From the NCBI GenBank assembly GCA_965223265.1, contig OZ244999.1, positions 2,624,001-2,688,000 of the forward strand: a stretch of DNA of 64,000 nt. The letters are read 5' to 3'. The notes beneath the pieces are model-generated. The model was not told the origin of the DNA, made no database searches, and saw nothing but the letters and a program-made list of their open reading frames with translations. Made by a program: the position numbers and the translations under genes. Of the stretch, positions 38,243 to 49,404 are shown piece after piece; within the stretch, counting starts at the first letter, position 1, and each line of letters opens with the position of its first letter. The stretch is from Planctomycetota bacterium. Lineage in GTDB: Bacteria > Planctomycetota > UBA8108 > SXIK01.

Positions 38243-40600
38243 TCACCGCACGAACTCAAGCTCGACCGTCGTGTGCGCGACGGCCGGATATTTGCCGTCC
38301 TGCATCGCCGTGGCGCGGACGATGAACTTCTGCCGTCCCAGCAAACGATCGTCGTTCGCCGAAGTGACGCGGAACACCGTTTCGGCTCGACCCGGTTCTA
38401 TGACGACTGATTCTGCCTTCAGGAGCCCTGAGTTCACTTCATCCGGCACGAGCTCAAGGGTCGTCTGCTCGTTCAGCTTCACCGAGCGAAAGAGTTGGAG
38501 CGGAATCTCGAGAGTGTCTCCCGGCCTCGCGATCAGCTCTTTCGCGCCGTTCGATAGATTCATCAGCGCGCCCTCGACGCTCATCGTGATGCGACCGTCC
38601 ATTTTGCTCGCGATCCAGCGCTTGTTGCCCCGGGGGTCGGGTACGTGCACGAGCGCGTTGCAAATCATGCGCGACGTGCGGCTCGTTTCCAGCCACTCCG
38701 GCATGTAGACCGGGAACGGCACACGCGACTCGCCTGCCGGCACCAGCACGTCACCGGCATTGATGCCCTGGCGGTGACGGCTCTGACCAGCCGCCATCTG
38801 CAGCAGGACGTCGCCGTCGTAGTCTCGGTAGCGATCGATAATCACCATGGCAGGATAGGTCGTGCCGGCGTGGACTGTCCGTCCGCCTTCACGATCGACT
38901 GGGGTCACCTTCGCCAGAGGTTTCATCGTCGTGGCGAAGAGCATCGCGCCGCTCTGACGTTCGATGCGCGCTGTGCCTTCTCCGGCGACGCCGCTCACGC
39001 GCAGCGGGCTCGCCTTGGCCGGCGCGTCTGCGGACACGTTGACGGCAATCTTCAACTCCGACGCGTCCGCAGCGATGACGAGCTCGTCTGCAGTCGTGGC
39101 GCCATCGAACAGCCCTTCGACCGTGAGTCGAATTGGTTCTTTGAAGCCGCCGACGCGATCCGCCTTGACGGAGAACTCTGTTTTTGCCCCGATCGGCGCC
39201 GGTAACTGTTCAGGGATCGTCAGTTTGAATCCAGGTCGCGGTGGTACCACCGCGAGGCGGTAGACCGAAGCTTCCGAGCGCGGTCGTCCGGAGAGGTCGC
39301 TGACTTCAACTCGGTACGTGCCATCCGCCGGCACTGTGAACGTCAAACCGGCGTCGGTCGTGCCTGGAAGGTCATCGGCGCGCGCGAGTTCCTTCCCCTC
39401 GGATTCGTGCACCGCGAGCACGAGGTCTAAACGGGCATCGCTGCTGGCTTGCCTGAGACTCATCGGCCAGACCTCGTCCTTTCGGGCGGTGAACTCGTAG
39501 TGATCTGTCTCGCCTGGTAGGAGGGTCCCTGTGATGGCGCCGGGAACCGTCATCTCCCGTTTGCCCGCGGTGGCCGCAGTTTGTGACTCGAGAGCCGCCT
39601 CGCTCAGTTCCGGTGTGTCGCTGAGCGAAAACTCGTGCTGTACGCTTCCTACGAGCGTCTCAAGTGTGAACGGCATCGCAGCAGCTTGGTCAGACTTGGC
39701 CTCGAACGACACAGAGCGAGACACCGTCTCGAGTCGAGCTTGCTCGGATCTGAGGCCGTAGCCTATGAACTCCACCTCCTGCGTCTGCCCACGCTGTCCA
39801 GCTGCCGGGCGCGTCGCGACGATGCGTGGTCCCTGAGTGATCTGGAGGCGATACCTGAAGGTGCGGTTGCCGCGATAGTCGAGGTCATGAAGGCTCACGA
39901 GGTACTCGCCGCCGGCCCGCGCAGCGAACGTCACGGTGAGGTCTCGGCCTTCGGTGTCGACTTCGTCGACAAGCACGTTTCCCGATCCATCGGACACTTT
40001 CAGCGCGGCGTTCAGCGGCGAGCCAAGGCGTCGTGCGAACGAGTCAATCGTTACCGGCCCTGCGACGGGCGCTGCGAATCGGAAACGATCGACTTCTTCG
40101 ATTCTCATCACTTGTCCCGAGACGATGACCGGCAGCGCCGGCAGCAGCTGTGGGGCACGGCGGTGACGCTCCTCGACGACTTCCGTCGTCCGACTCACCC
40201 AGAACCTACCGCGCGCCGAGACGCCGTTGGCGTTGGCGACCTGCCAGTGAATCGGGCCGGGGGCACGGTCCTCTGGGATGGTGAGGCGCGCCGGAACTTC
40301 GCGTGGAATCGGTAGGGCACCGCTTCGTCCCTTGGCCCCGAACCAGTAGGGAGGTTCGGGCACAATCATGTCGCCTAGTGGTCCGACGATTTCGAGGTCG
40401 ACGTCTGACTCGAGGACGAAGAACTCCATGTCCGGTGTCCAGTCGAGACCGGCCAACGCAACGTCGACGGTCGTCCCTGCCTGACCGCCGGCGGGATAGA
40501 TGTAAGCGATCGCCGGCAGAGAGGGCGACGGCTCTTGAGCCCGAACTGAGGTGGACATCCACAGCAGAGCTGTGCAGAGGACGAGCGTTGAAACTTTCAT
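38243..40600 (-). CDS. Secreted PPC-domain protein of the DUF1501/DUF1553 cluster
   Basis: YIYPAGGQAGTTVDV, EVDRFRF, ETDHYEFTA, GTYRVEVSD; signal from MKVSTL. Confidence 0.8.
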   Translation of the reverse strand: MKVSTLVLCTALLWMSTSVRAQEPSPSLPAIAYIYPAGGQAGTTVDVALAGLDWTPDMEFFVLESDVDLEIVGPLGDMIVPEPPYWFGAKGRSGALPIPREVPARLTIPEDRAPGPIHWQVANANGVSARGRFWVSRTTEVVEERHRRAPQLLPALPVIVSGQVMRIEEVDRFRFAAPVAGPVTIDSFARRLGSPLNAALKVSDGSGNVLVDEVDTEGRDLTVTFAARAGGEYLVSLHDLDYRGNRTFRYRLQITQGPRIVATRPAAGQRGQTQEVEFIGYGLRSEQARLETVSRSVSFEAKSDQAAAMPFTLETLVGSVQHEFSLSDTPELSEAALESQTAATAGKREMTVPGAITGTLLPGETDHYEFTARKDEVWPMSLRQASSDARLDLVLAVHESEGKELARADDLPGTTDAGLTFTVPADGTYRVEVSDLSGRPRSEASVYRLAVVPPRPGFKLTIPEQLPAPIGAKTEFSVKADRVGGFKEPIRLTVEGLFDGATTADELVIAADASELKIAVNVSADAPAKASPLRVSGVAGEGTARIERQSGAMLFATTMKPLAKVTPVDREGGRTVHAGTTYPAMVIIDRYRDYDGDVLLQMAAGQSRHRQGINAGDVLVPAGESRVPFPVYMPEWLETSRTSRMICNALVHVPDPRGNKRWIASKMDGRITMSVEGALMNLSNGAKELIARPGDTLEIPLQLFRSVKLNEQTTLELVPDEVNSGLLKAESVVIEPGRAETVFRVTSANDDRLLGRQKFIVRATAMQDGKYPAVAHTTVELEFVR

Positions 40601-40762
40601 GATCACCATCCTGAAACAACCTCTCCCAGTGGATCCGCCGCAGTGCGCTAGTAGCCTACCTCGCTCTTTTTCGAGTATCGACGCACCGGCGGCAGGGGTC
40701 AAGGTTGCTACGGTAAGCGCGGGCGCTACGAAGCATCTTCCAGACGTTCGTTCGCCCGCAGT

Positions 40763-42112
40763 CTAACCGACCAAATCGCGGACGAGGTGACCCCCGTTGA
40801 CGATCGGAACGGGGCGGCCGAGCGGTGTGTAGTGGATCTTGTTGCCGTCGATTCCGAGTTGATGAAAGATCGTGAAGAGAAGATCTTCCACACCAACCGG
40901 GTCGGACGTCGGGTAGGCCGCCTGCTTGTCCGTAGCCCCGATCACACGACCCGGCGGGATGCCTCCACCAGCGACGACGACCGTTTGCGCCATGGACCAG
41001 TGGTCGCGTCCCGCGTGCTGATTGATGCGCGGCGTTCGGCCCATCTCTCCCATCATCACGACGAGGGTCGAGTCGAGCAGGCCACGCTGCTCGAGGTCGG
41101 TGACCAGCGCGCTAAACGCCATGTCGGCGTGGGGAATGAGATCGTGCGTCTGGCTCGGGAAACAGCTGAAATGGGTATCCCAACTGCCGTGATCGATTCC
41201 GACGAAACGGCAACCCGCCTCGACCATCCGGCGCGCCAGAAGTGCGCATTGGCCCAGCGAGGTATGGCCGTACGCCTCGCGCACCTGTTCGGATTCCGAG
41301 TTGATGTCGAAAGCCTTCTTCGCTTCAGGCGAGGTGATCAGATTGAACGCGCGGTCGTAGTACTTCGACATGACGCCGGCGTGGCCGCCCTTTTCAAGTT
41401 TGCGCTCGACTCCGTCGACGGCGTTCAGGAGGCGCCGGCGAAGGTCGAAACGTTTCGAGGGCACGCTCGAAAGGGGGCTGACATCCTTGACCTGAAAATC
41501 CGGCTCGACTGGGTCGGTTTCAATGACGAACGGCGCATGCTCAGCGCCGTAGAAACCAGGACCGCCGGCCTTCATCGGATCCGGCATGTTGATGTTGGCT
41601 GGCACCGAGCTGCGCGGGCCGAGTTCCTTGGAGACGATCGAGCCGATCGCCGGATACAACTCGTTCGCAGGCGTGGCGACGTCACCATCAGAGAAGTTCG
41701 GACGATAGCCCGTCAGCACATAGTGGTAGCCGGTGACGTGGCCATTGTCGTTGTGACTGTGGTTGCGCATCAGGGTGAACTTGTCCATCACCTTGGCGCA
41801 GCGCGGTAGGTGTTCGCAAACCTGGATGCCCGGGACATTGGTCGGGATCGGCTTGTACGGCCCACGGATCTCGCGGGGTGCCTCGGGTTTCAGATCCCAC
41901 ATGTCAATGTGGCTCGGGCCACCTTCGAGGAAGAGCAGAATCAGCGACTCCGCTTTTGCCGGCCGCGTCGTTGGCGCCTCCGCCTGTAGTCGCATCAGTT
42001 GCGGCAGAGTCAAACCGCCAAAGAGTCCGGTCGTCCCCAGCCCGATAGCGCGTCGACGGGACATGCGGTCGCAGAAACGTCCCTTCGAACCGCCGAGATC
42101 CACTTTCAACAT
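40763..42112 (-). CDS. DUF1501 family protein
   Basis: LFLEGGPSHIDMWDLKP, LARRMVEAGCRFV, WDTH, GEMGRTP, GRDHW. Confidence 0.93.
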   Translation of the reverse strand: MLKVDLGGSKGRFCDRMSRRRAIGLGTTGLFGGLTLPQLMRLQAEAPTTRPAKAESLILLFLEGGPSHIDMWDLKPEAPREIRGPYKPIPTNVPGIQVCEHLPRCAKVMDKFTLMRNHSHNDNGHVTGYHYVLTGYRPNFSDGDVATPANELYPAIGSIVSKELGPRSSVPANINMPDPMKAGGPGFYGAEHAPFVIETDPVEPDFQVKDVSPLSSVPSKRFDLRRRLLNAVDGVERKLEKGGHAGVMSKYYDRAFNLITSPEAKKAFDINSESEQVREAYGHTSLGQCALLARRMVEAGCRFVGIDHGSWDTHFSCFPSQTHDLIPHADMAFSALVTDLEQRGLLDSTLVVMMGEMGRTPRINQHAGRDHWSMAQTVVVAGGGIPPGRVIGATDKQAAYPTSDPVGVEDLLFTIFHQLGIDGNKIHYTPLGRPVPIVNGGHLVRDLVG

Positions 42113-42308
42113 GGTTCTGCCGTGGCTCCGCGTTGGTCCTCAGCTGGACTCTCCAGCTGTCTCTTGCTGACAATTCTGCTCGACGGCTCAGACGACGGCG
42201 ATTCCGGCGTGACAGCCAGCGGGCAAACGCTGCCTGGGCGCCGGAGTTCGGCGACAGTCGTCCCTCGAGCCGACGAGACACGAACTTTCTGCCATCCTAA
42301 GAAATTCC

Positions 42309-44804
42309 TTAGTGGTTGTAAATGAACCCTTTGGAATTAATGACCGCCCACACGACGTCCTCAGTTGCCTGCCGGCGATCCCGGCCGGCTGTCTGGTCCT
42401 CGAAACTGTCGAACGCCACTAGCATGGCAGCGCGTTCGGAGTCGCTGGGAAAGCGCGCGAGCGCTGTCAGGAACACCTCGTCGATAATCTGCGCCGGTGA
42501 GCGTTCGGACGTCGCGAGGCGGTAGCAGTTGCCGTCACGAGCCTGGAGCTTCTCCAACAGCTCTGGCGAATTGAGGAGATGAAGGGCCTGCGAGATACTC
42601 GGCTCATTGCTGCGCTCGCATTCGCAGACGCTCACGCGCAGCGGGCGGCCGAAGATGCGAAAGAAATAGGACGGCATACGGCTGTCCCAGACCTGGATCG
42701 AGCGAAATCCTGCCGGCCAGCCGTCGAATTTTTCGCCGATTCCGGTCACTTGGGCGATGGCGTCGAGCAGCACCTCGGCCGGAAGCACCTTTTGATAGGC
42801 ACGCGAGAAGTTCTGCTCATCGGTTGCATTCGTCTCGTTCGCTGCGCCGCTGATCTGATAGACCCGGGAGTTGAGAAGTGTCCGCGTGAACGCGCGGACG
42901 TCGTAGTCGACATCGCGAAGATGCTGCGCCAGCGCCTCCATGAGCGGCTCGTTTGTCGGTGGATTCGTGGCGCGCAAATCGTCGATCGGCTCGACAAGGC
43001 CGCGGCCGAAATAGTGCGCCCACAGCCGATTGACGATGATCTTGGCGAAGAAAGGGTTGTTGGGTTTGAGCATCCAGTCGACGAGCTTCGTGCGGCGATC
43101 GCGGATGGCGGTGAAGTCACTCGGTGGGGCGCCGAGGGGCCGTGCCGCCACGGCTTCTCCGGTGCGCGGGTGGTTCAGGTCCGTACCGCCATCCGACATC
43201 AACGCCTCGCCACCGCCGGGGAGGCTTTTGCGTTTTAGCCCCGTGAAGTATCCCGCCAGCGCATAGTAATCGTCTTGGCCCCAACGTTCCGACGGGTGCT
43301 GGTGACATTCGGCGCACTCGATGCGCACACCCAAGAAAAGCTGACTCATCGACCGAGCGAGCACATCCGGCTTGGATGAGATCCGATAGAACGTCCCGGG
43401 TCCCTCGGCCAGCATGTTTCCTTCGCTGGTCAGAATCTCGCTGACGAACTCGTCGTAGGGCCGATTCGTCGCCATCTGCTTCCGCAGCCATCGAGTCATT
43501 GCCACGGCACCCGCTGGCGTGGCGCCGCGCCTGTCAACCCGCAGGATGTCGGCCCACTTCATAGCCCAGTAGTCGGCATACTCTGGACGCTCGAGCAGAG
43601 TGTCGATCACCTTCGAGCGCTTCGCCGTGTCGGTATCCGCCAAGAACTCTCGTACCTCCGCGCTCGTTGGGAGCGTGCCGATCGTGTCGAGGTACGTTCG
43701 CCGCAGAAACTCCGTGTCCGTTGCCGGGCCACTCGGCTGGATACCGAGTCGCTCGAGCTTGTTCCACACGAGCCGGTCGACGAAATTCACTTCGGCTGGG
43801 CGTTCAATGGTCACGCCCGGACGAGGATGGGTGATGCGGCAGACCGCGACATGACCCATGTAGCGCACGAGAATCGTCGCCTCGCCGGGGACATTCCCTG
43901 CCTCTACGAGGCCGCGCTCGTCCACGGTGGCGATCATCGCGGCGTTCGACTCGTATTCCGTCTCGACCGTGACGCAGCGGCGCGCTCCGTCCGTGCCGAC
44001 GGCGATGACTTGAATCTGCTGCGAGCCGCCGGCGTAGAGGACCTGCTCCGGCGGTGAAATCTCGATCGACTCTACCGCCGCCTCGCCGAGGGCGCTGAAG
44101 GCTGCACCTTCGCGCACCCAACGCAGCAGCCGCGCGTAGCGCAGGGCGTCTCTCTGTTTGTCGATCTTTAGCCCGCCGCCGTGCGGCACTGCGGCGGTCC
44201 CCTTGAGCACGAAGAGACTCGTCTCGGGAGCTGCCGGCCGCACCCGGCGACCGCGGCTATCCTTGGCCAGCGCTTCATGATCCGCTCGCGGGTCAAAGCC
44301 GAAGACGCTCAACTTGAGACCGCCCTTACCCTCGGCTTTGCCGTGGCAACCGCCGGCGTTGCAGCCTGCTTTGGTCAGGGACGGAATGACCTCGTAGCGA
44401 AAAGAGACCGGCTCAGGGGAGGTCAGACCCGTGACGTCGACCGGCACACGAACCGTCACCAAGCGGGCGCTGTCGGTGGTTTCGCCGAGCTCTTCCAGCG
44501 CGGTGACGGCCGCGACGTCGACTTCGACGACGATCTCCGTTGCACCTTCGCCCGTGGGAACCGCCAGCCCGCGGTGACTGAGGCGCGCGATGTTTGCGTC
44601 GACACTATAGTTTGCCGCGCGCGTTGCATCGACACGCAGGCCGTCGGGGCGCCGCACCGTCACCAATAACTGCTGCGAGGACTCCGGTCCCGCGAGGCGG
44701 ACAACTGGCGGTGACACTGTCAGCTCCTGGGCCGTGACATCACCGGCGGCTGTGGCGAACAGAACGAGCAGTGGAAGCACCGCGAACAATGCGCGAACCC
44801 ACAT
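42309..44804 (-). CDS. DUF1549/DUF1553 domain protein with Ig-like domains
   Basis: CNAGGCHG, EFLRRTYLDTIGTLP, FLGVRIECAECHQHP, NRLWAHYFGRGLVEP, CECER, terminal FIYNH. Confidence 0.93.
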   Translation of the reverse strand: MWVRALFAVLPLLVLFATAAGDVTAQELTVSPPVVRLAGPESSQQLLVTVRRPDGLRVDATRAANYSVDANIARLSHRGLAVPTGEGATEIVVEVDVAAVTALEELGETTDSARLVTVRVPVDVTGLTSPEPVSFRYEVIPSLTKAGCNAGGCHGKAEGKGGLKLSVFGFDPRADHEALAKDSRGRRVRPAAPETSLFVLKGTAAVPHGGGLKIDKQRDALRYARLLRWVREGAAFSALGEAAVESIEISPPEQVLYAGGSQQIQVIAVGTDGARRCVTVETEYESNAAMIATVDERGLVEAGNVPGEATILVRYMGHVAVCRITHPRPGVTIERPAEVNFVDRLVWNKLERLGIQPSGPATDTEFLRRTYLDTIGTLPTSAEVREFLADTDTAKRSKVIDTLLERPEYADYWAMKWADILRVDRRGATPAGAVAMTRWLRKQMATNRPYDEFVSEILTSEGNMLAEGPGTFYRISSKPDVLARSMSQLFLGVRIECAECHQHPSERWGQDDYYALAGYFTGLKRKSLPGGGEALMSDGGTDLNHPRTGEAVAARPLGAPPSDFTAIRDRRTKLVDWMLKPNNPFFAKIIVNRLWAHYFGRGLVEPIDDLRATNPPTNEPLMEALAQHLRDVDYDVRAFTRTLLNSRVYQISGAANETNATDEQNFSRAYQKVLPAEVLLDAIAQVTGIGEKFDGWPAGFRSIQVWDSRMPSYFFRIFGRPLRVSVCECERSNEPSISQALHLLNSPELLEKLQARDGNCYRLATSERSPAQIIDEVFLTALARFPSDSERAAMLVAFDSFEDQTAGRDRRQATEDVVWAVINSKGFIYNH

Positions 44805-44999
44805 GACGTTGTCACTCCCGTTCAGACAGACATCTTGAGACAGGATCAGCTATGTAGCACCAGGCGGCGCTACTGCTACGCGCCTCGGATTATAGTCAAC
44901 AAGGGCGAAGGCCGCAATTTTTCGAGTGGGACAGTTGGCTCGCCGCGTAAGCCGATCGGCGCACGTCCTCCCGATGCGTCGACGATTCGCCGGTCGAAT

Positions 45000-47900
45000 T
45001 CAGGTCGAGCACGGCCCGGCGCGGCAGGCGGAAAGCGCGTCGCCTGAGACGTCGACGCCACAGCTGGGGAAAGGCGCTGCTGGCTCGGCGCCGCCGGTGA
45101 AGAGGAACCTGAGGAGACGGATCGCATCGGAGATCGTGACTCGACCCGAGTCGTTCGTGTCGGCGGCGTCGACACACTCGAGGCTCGCCTGGCGTCCGAA
45201 GAGGAATCCTAGCGTGAGAAGTGCATCAGCCTGATTTACGGTGGAGTCGCCGTTGGCGTCGCCGCGAACGAAGCCTGGAAGCCCGGGAGCGCCGAGCGGT
45301 GCGTGCACGCCTTGCTTGTATCCGACATAGTCGACTTGGATCGAGCCAGCCTCATCCAGCGCCGCGAGGCCAAGCTCCAGGTAGAGTCCGTCGGCATTCG
45401 CATCCGTGCCGCTGCTTGGCACGCGCACGAGGTCGTCAAACGCGGCAGTCTCCGAGCCGTCGATGTACAGGCGCAAGCGATGTTCGTCCCCCTCGCGCTG
45501 CAAGGTCACCCATGCAGCGTGAAATGCGTGCGGCGCGAGAGCGACTGGGGGTGTGAGATTCGTCGTCAGGCCCGCGTCGTCGAGCCACATGGAGAAGTGG
45601 CCGCGGCCGTCCTGGGCGCGATAGCCGATGCCGACTTGGCCTCGAAACGTTGGCCGCGGGGGCGTCTGCGCAGTGGGCGCTTCCAGGTCGGTCGGGTGAG
45701 GGTTCACGCGGAGGCGCGTCAGAAGCGTGATGCCGGAGTCGATCAAGTTAACGCTTCCAATCGGGCGCAGAAGCATGATGCGGCGATTGCTTGGAAACAC
45801 GAACTCAGGTCCCGGACTGCCGGGATCTTCGACGGTCAGCACTGAAACCGGACCGCCTCCTTCGCCGCCAGTTTCGATGATCTCAGCAGCGATACCGCCC
45901 GGCGCCGAACCCGCTTCGCCCGGACGGCTGCCATCCCATTCGTCGAGCGCACTCGGGCCCCAGCTGCCGTCGAGCGACTGCTCGCCGAAGACGAGCGCGT
46001 CACGCTGGCGATCTTCGCCTGGGCGCGCTTCGTAAAGATAGTTCCAGCCGCCGTCGGGCGTTTGCCAGCCCCCGCGCCCGCCAGCACCGGTCTTCACCGT
46101 CAACGCCGCAGAGACAGGAGATTCAGCTCCGACGCCGGTGACCACGACGACTTGGTACTCGTGGGTGGCGCCCGGCTCTGCGGTGTAGTCGGTGAAGTGC
46201 GTACCAGAGACGATGTGTCGAACGAGGAGCTCGCCATCGCGGAAGATCCTATACCCGAGCACGCCGGAGCCGACGTCCACAGCCGGAGTCCAGGTGAGTT
46301 CAACCGAGCGCACCCCGACTCGCGCTGCCCGCGGCGCTTCCGGAGTCGGGAGCGCCGTCGTGTCGGCTGCGGTGCCGAAGGTGAACGAGGTCGGTTCTGA
46401 GAGGAAGCTCCAGCGTCCGTCAGCGTCCATGAACGCGACGCGGAAAAGATAATCTTGATCCGCGACGAAGGCGTCGTCCGGCACGGTCGTCTCGACCAGA
46501 TCGACGGGACTGTCCAGCTGCCAGGTCGGAACGGCCCAGTTGCCGTCGGGCTCGATGATCAACCAGCGGGTTGTCGCGTGGGCCGACTCCACCGGACTCG
46601 CATACGAAGCAGCACGGAGAGTCACTGCTGCAGCGGGGCGACTGTCCGGCAGCGGTGCAAGATTCTGGGGCGTGGTGGGAATGGCGTCGTCGTTGAACTC
46701 TCCGACAAGACGCCCACGTAGCTGCGTGATCACACCTTTGACTTCGAGAGCGCGCTCGACCACCGTGTTTGACCATTTGAAACGATCGAAGTCGGCGTTG
46801 GCGGTTTCGCGGACGAGCTCGACGGACGTATCGATCGCCCTGAAGAGTCGCCTGCGGTCGTAGATCGTCTGCCACAAAAACCGGAAGCGGTTTTGATACT
46901 CTTGGCGAAAAGAGACGATCAGGTTCGCCAGTGGGTCGACACCGCCCATGCGCGAAAACCACAGTGTGTTATCGAGGTCCCACGGCAAGAACTCCCAGTC
47001 GCTAGTGTCCGAATTGAAGTAAAGATAGAAGTTGTTGAGGTTGTCCATGTCGTGATGGTTGATCAACTCCGAGACAACACGAAACGATAGGTAGTGGGGT
47101 ACGTCGAGGTTCGCCTCAACCCATTCACGCGACTGACCTGGCGCTTCGGCGAGGAATGTGTTGACGCTGTCAGTCGACGGGTTGCAGTCGGGATGCTGCT
47201 TGTTGACGCCGAACGAAAACTTGTAGAGGCCTGCGGCTTCATCCGTGGGGCGATCAAAGTCTTCCAGCAGCGCCTTGTCTGGCTCTTGGATGTCGAGGTA
47301 GAGACCGAAGAAGTCGCCGATCTCCGCGTCGTGTTCGTCCACGGCGCGCACGAAGCGTAGCTGCACAAAGGCTGTCGTGGAGGCGGCAATCCCTGAGTCG
47401 CGGTAGATTTTCCAAGCCAGCGCCGGTAGCACACCAGCATCCCCTTGCAGAATGCTTCCCTGCATGAGGTTGACCTTCGAGCGTGCGCTCACAAAGCGTT
47501 CGCCATCGTTGAAACGACCGCGAAACCGGTTGCCCTTGTTGAACTTGAATTTCCAGCTTGGCTTTTCACCGCCTCGGCCGCGACCACGGAGGCGAATTCC
47601 GACGTGGTCATGGACGCGATGCTCATGTACAAACGTGATGCGTCGGTGGTAGGCCGTGCGCGGCTCGAAGAGGATCGTGCGCACGTCTTCGATGTCCTGC
47701 GCCGTACCGATGACATGGTAAACCGGAAGTTTGTCCATATTCGTGTGCACGAACTCGCCGTCACCGAACGCGCTGTCGCTGGCGGTATAATCCGGGACAC
47801 CGTCGTAGACGAAGTACGCAAGGTTTGGCTCCGGGTCGCGAGGAAACGGCGCGCGTGCCGCAGCCGGAGTGCTCGCGGCATCGGTCGCGACGACGCGGTA

Positions 47901-49355
47901 ACGTACGAGCGTGCGGTGCGGCTGCGCGGGAATCGTCGCAGCATAGCGTTCGGTTTCGACGCTGTAGATCATCGGAACTGACGTCCAGTCCGTCTCGAAG
48001 CGCGCATCGGTCTTGCTTATGTAGTCACCTGCGACGCATAGTTGATATTCGAGCTGCGCGTCGGCAACGCCGTTGCCGTCAACGACTCGCGCTTCGATGC
48101 GTACTGCGTCGGTTGCGAAAATGTCATCGCGCTCGGGGTCGTCGGCTGGTGCGGCGCTCAGCCGTGTGATCTGCGGCCCAGAATTGCCGCCGAACATCGC
48201 GAGCTGAAGCGCTGAAGAGTTAGGTGCACCAGGTGTCCCCGTGAAGGGCTCGCTCTCACGCCACGCCTGGCCGCGCGCGTTGTCACTGAAAGGGTCGGCG
48301 AGTTCAAGCGAGCCGCGGAGACCGTCGGGGTTGATCGGCCATGGGATGCGATCGCGGTAGTCGACGAAATCGACTGGGAGGTCGGCGGCGTCCACGAGGA
48401 GCAAGTCCTCGCCGCCGTTACCGAGTTGACCGGCGTACGGACCGATCGCGTTGATGCCCTCTCCGTACTTCGCGGTGAACTCGTCGGCATCTCGATAGAT
48501 CGCCATGTAGTCGCCGGGCGCCAGCACCGTGCCTGGGGGAAATGTGAATTCGATGCCGTCTGCGAAACTCCAATTGGAGACGTCTATGCTTTCAGTGCCA
48601 CGGTTGTGAATTTCAAGAAACTCCTCGGCGACGCAGTGCCGAAGAAGCAGTGCGTCGGGATTTTTGACAGCGCTGTAGAGGATCTCGTTGATGACAATGT
48701 CGTGGCGTGTCGGTATGTCGCCTTGGCGCGAGTTCGGCCCGCCCGGCGTCCCGGGACGTTCGGCCGCGGCGCTCGCCGCAAAGTTGGTGAAGTCGGTGAT
48801 GAAATCGGCGGCGGAGATGCGCTCGAGGCTCGAACCGTCGCCGTCCGCTTCGGTCGGCCAGGGCAGATCGTCGGAGTAGACGACTTCGTCGACGAGAACG
48901 CCCGCTGCGTCGAAGAGGCGCACCGCATCGCCGCTGTTGGCGAGCGCGAAATCAACGTCGCCGACGATGTCGAAACTGTCGCCGTAGGCTTCGCGCAGCG
49001 CTGCCGAGTTGCGTGCGACAACCAGATAACCTCGCGGCGCGATTCGAGTCCCGGCCGGAAGTACGAATACGTTTTCTTGGTTGGAGTCCTTGAGGCGCCA
49101 TCCGGAGAGGTCGAGCGGGTCGTCGCTTTGACTGGCGATTTCTACGAACTCAAACTCGGTGTCGGCTCCAAGGCTCGGGGGCGGATTGTATTGAATCTCA
49201 CTGATCACGATGGGACCTGCCGGGGCGAGGTCGCTCGCCAGTATCGGCGTTCGAGCCGCTAAAACCACCAGCGCGAAGGCGCAGATGGCGACACGACGGA
49301 GCGGAGGTCCCAGCGGCAGGGGCGATGTTTTGGAATTGGCAGGTAGGACAAACAC
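45000..49355 (-). CDS. Secreted CotH-family kinase with two lamin-tail domains, Fn3 and C-terminal dockerin-like domain
   Basis: IVISEIQYN / IVINEILY LTDs; IRLRG...KPSWKFKF, GLY, GLYK, HHD...NNFYLY...LPWDLD CotH motifs; VELTW...GYRIFRDG Fn3; FVRGDANGD tail. Confidence 0.88.
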   Translation of the reverse strand: MFVLPANSKTSPLPLGPPLRRVAICAFALVVLAARTPILASDLAPAGPIVISEIQYNPPPSLGADTEFEFVEIASQSDDPLDLSGWRLKDSNQENVFVLPAGTRIAPRGYLVVARNSAALREAYGDSFDIVGDVDFALANSGDAVRLFDAAGVLVDEVVYSDDLPWPTEADGDGSSLERISAADFITDFTNFAASAAAERPGTPGGPNSRQGDIPTRHDIVINEILYSAVKNPDALLLRHCVAEEFLEIHNRGTESIDVSNWSFADGIEFTFPPGTVLAPGDYMAIYRDADEFTAKYGEGINAIGPYAGQLGNGGEDLLLVDAADLPVDFVDYRDRIPWPINPDGLRGSLELADPFSDNARGQAWRESEPFTGTPGAPNSSALQLAMFGGNSGPQITRLSAAPADDPERDDIFATDAVRIEARVVDGNGVADAQLEYQLCVAGDYISKTDARFETDWTSVPMIYSVETERYAATIPAQPHRTLVRYRVVATDAASTPAAARAPFPRDPEPNLAYFVYDGVPDYTASDSAFGDGEFVHTNMDKLPVYHVIGTAQDIEDVRTILFEPRTAYHRRITFVHEHRVHDHVGIRLRGRGRGGEKPSWKFKFNKGNRFRGRFNDGERFVSARSKVNLMQGSILQGDAGVLPALAWKIYRDSGIAASTTAFVQLRFVRAVDEHDAEIGDFFGLYLDIQEPDKALLEDFDRPTDEAAGLYKFSFGVNKQHPDCNPSTDSVNTFLAEAPGQSREWVEANLDVPHYLSFRVVSELINHHDMDNLNNFYLYFNSDTSDWEFLPWDLDNTLWFSRMGGVDPLANLIVSFRQEYQNRFRFLWQTIYDRRRLFRAIDTSVELVRETANADFDRFKWSNTVVERALEVKGVITQLRGRLVGEFNDDAIPTTPQNLAPLPDSRPAAAVTLRAASYASPVESAHATTRWLIIEPDGNWAVPTWQLDSPVDLVETTVPDDAFVADQDYLFRVAFMDADGRWSFLSEPTSFTFGTAADTTALPTPEAPRAARVGVRSVELTWTPAVDVGSGVLGYRIFRDGELLVRHIVSGTHFTDYTAEPGATHEYQVVVVTGVGAESPVSAALTVKTGAGGRGGWQTPDGGWNYLYEARPGEDRQRDALVFGEQSLDGSWGPSALDEWDGSRPGEAGSAPGGIAAEIIETGGEGGGPVSVLTVEDPGSPGPEFVFPSNRRIMLLRPIGSVNLIDSGITLLTRLRVNPHPTDLEAPTAQTPPRPTFRGQVGIGYRAQDGRGHFSMWLDDAGLTTNLTPPVALAPHAFHAAWVTLQREGDEHRLRLYIDGSETAAFDDLVRVPSSGTDANADGLYLELGLAALDEAGSIQVDYVGYKQGVHAPLGAPGLPGFVRGDANGDSTVNQADALLTLGFLFGRQASLECVDAADTNDSGRVTISDAIRLLRFLFTGGAEPAAPFPSCGVDVSGDALSACRAGPCST

Positions 49356-49404
49356 TCAACCATTGTCCGGGGTGTTCGCCGTGGGCGTCAAGGTCCGTTC
49401 CCGC

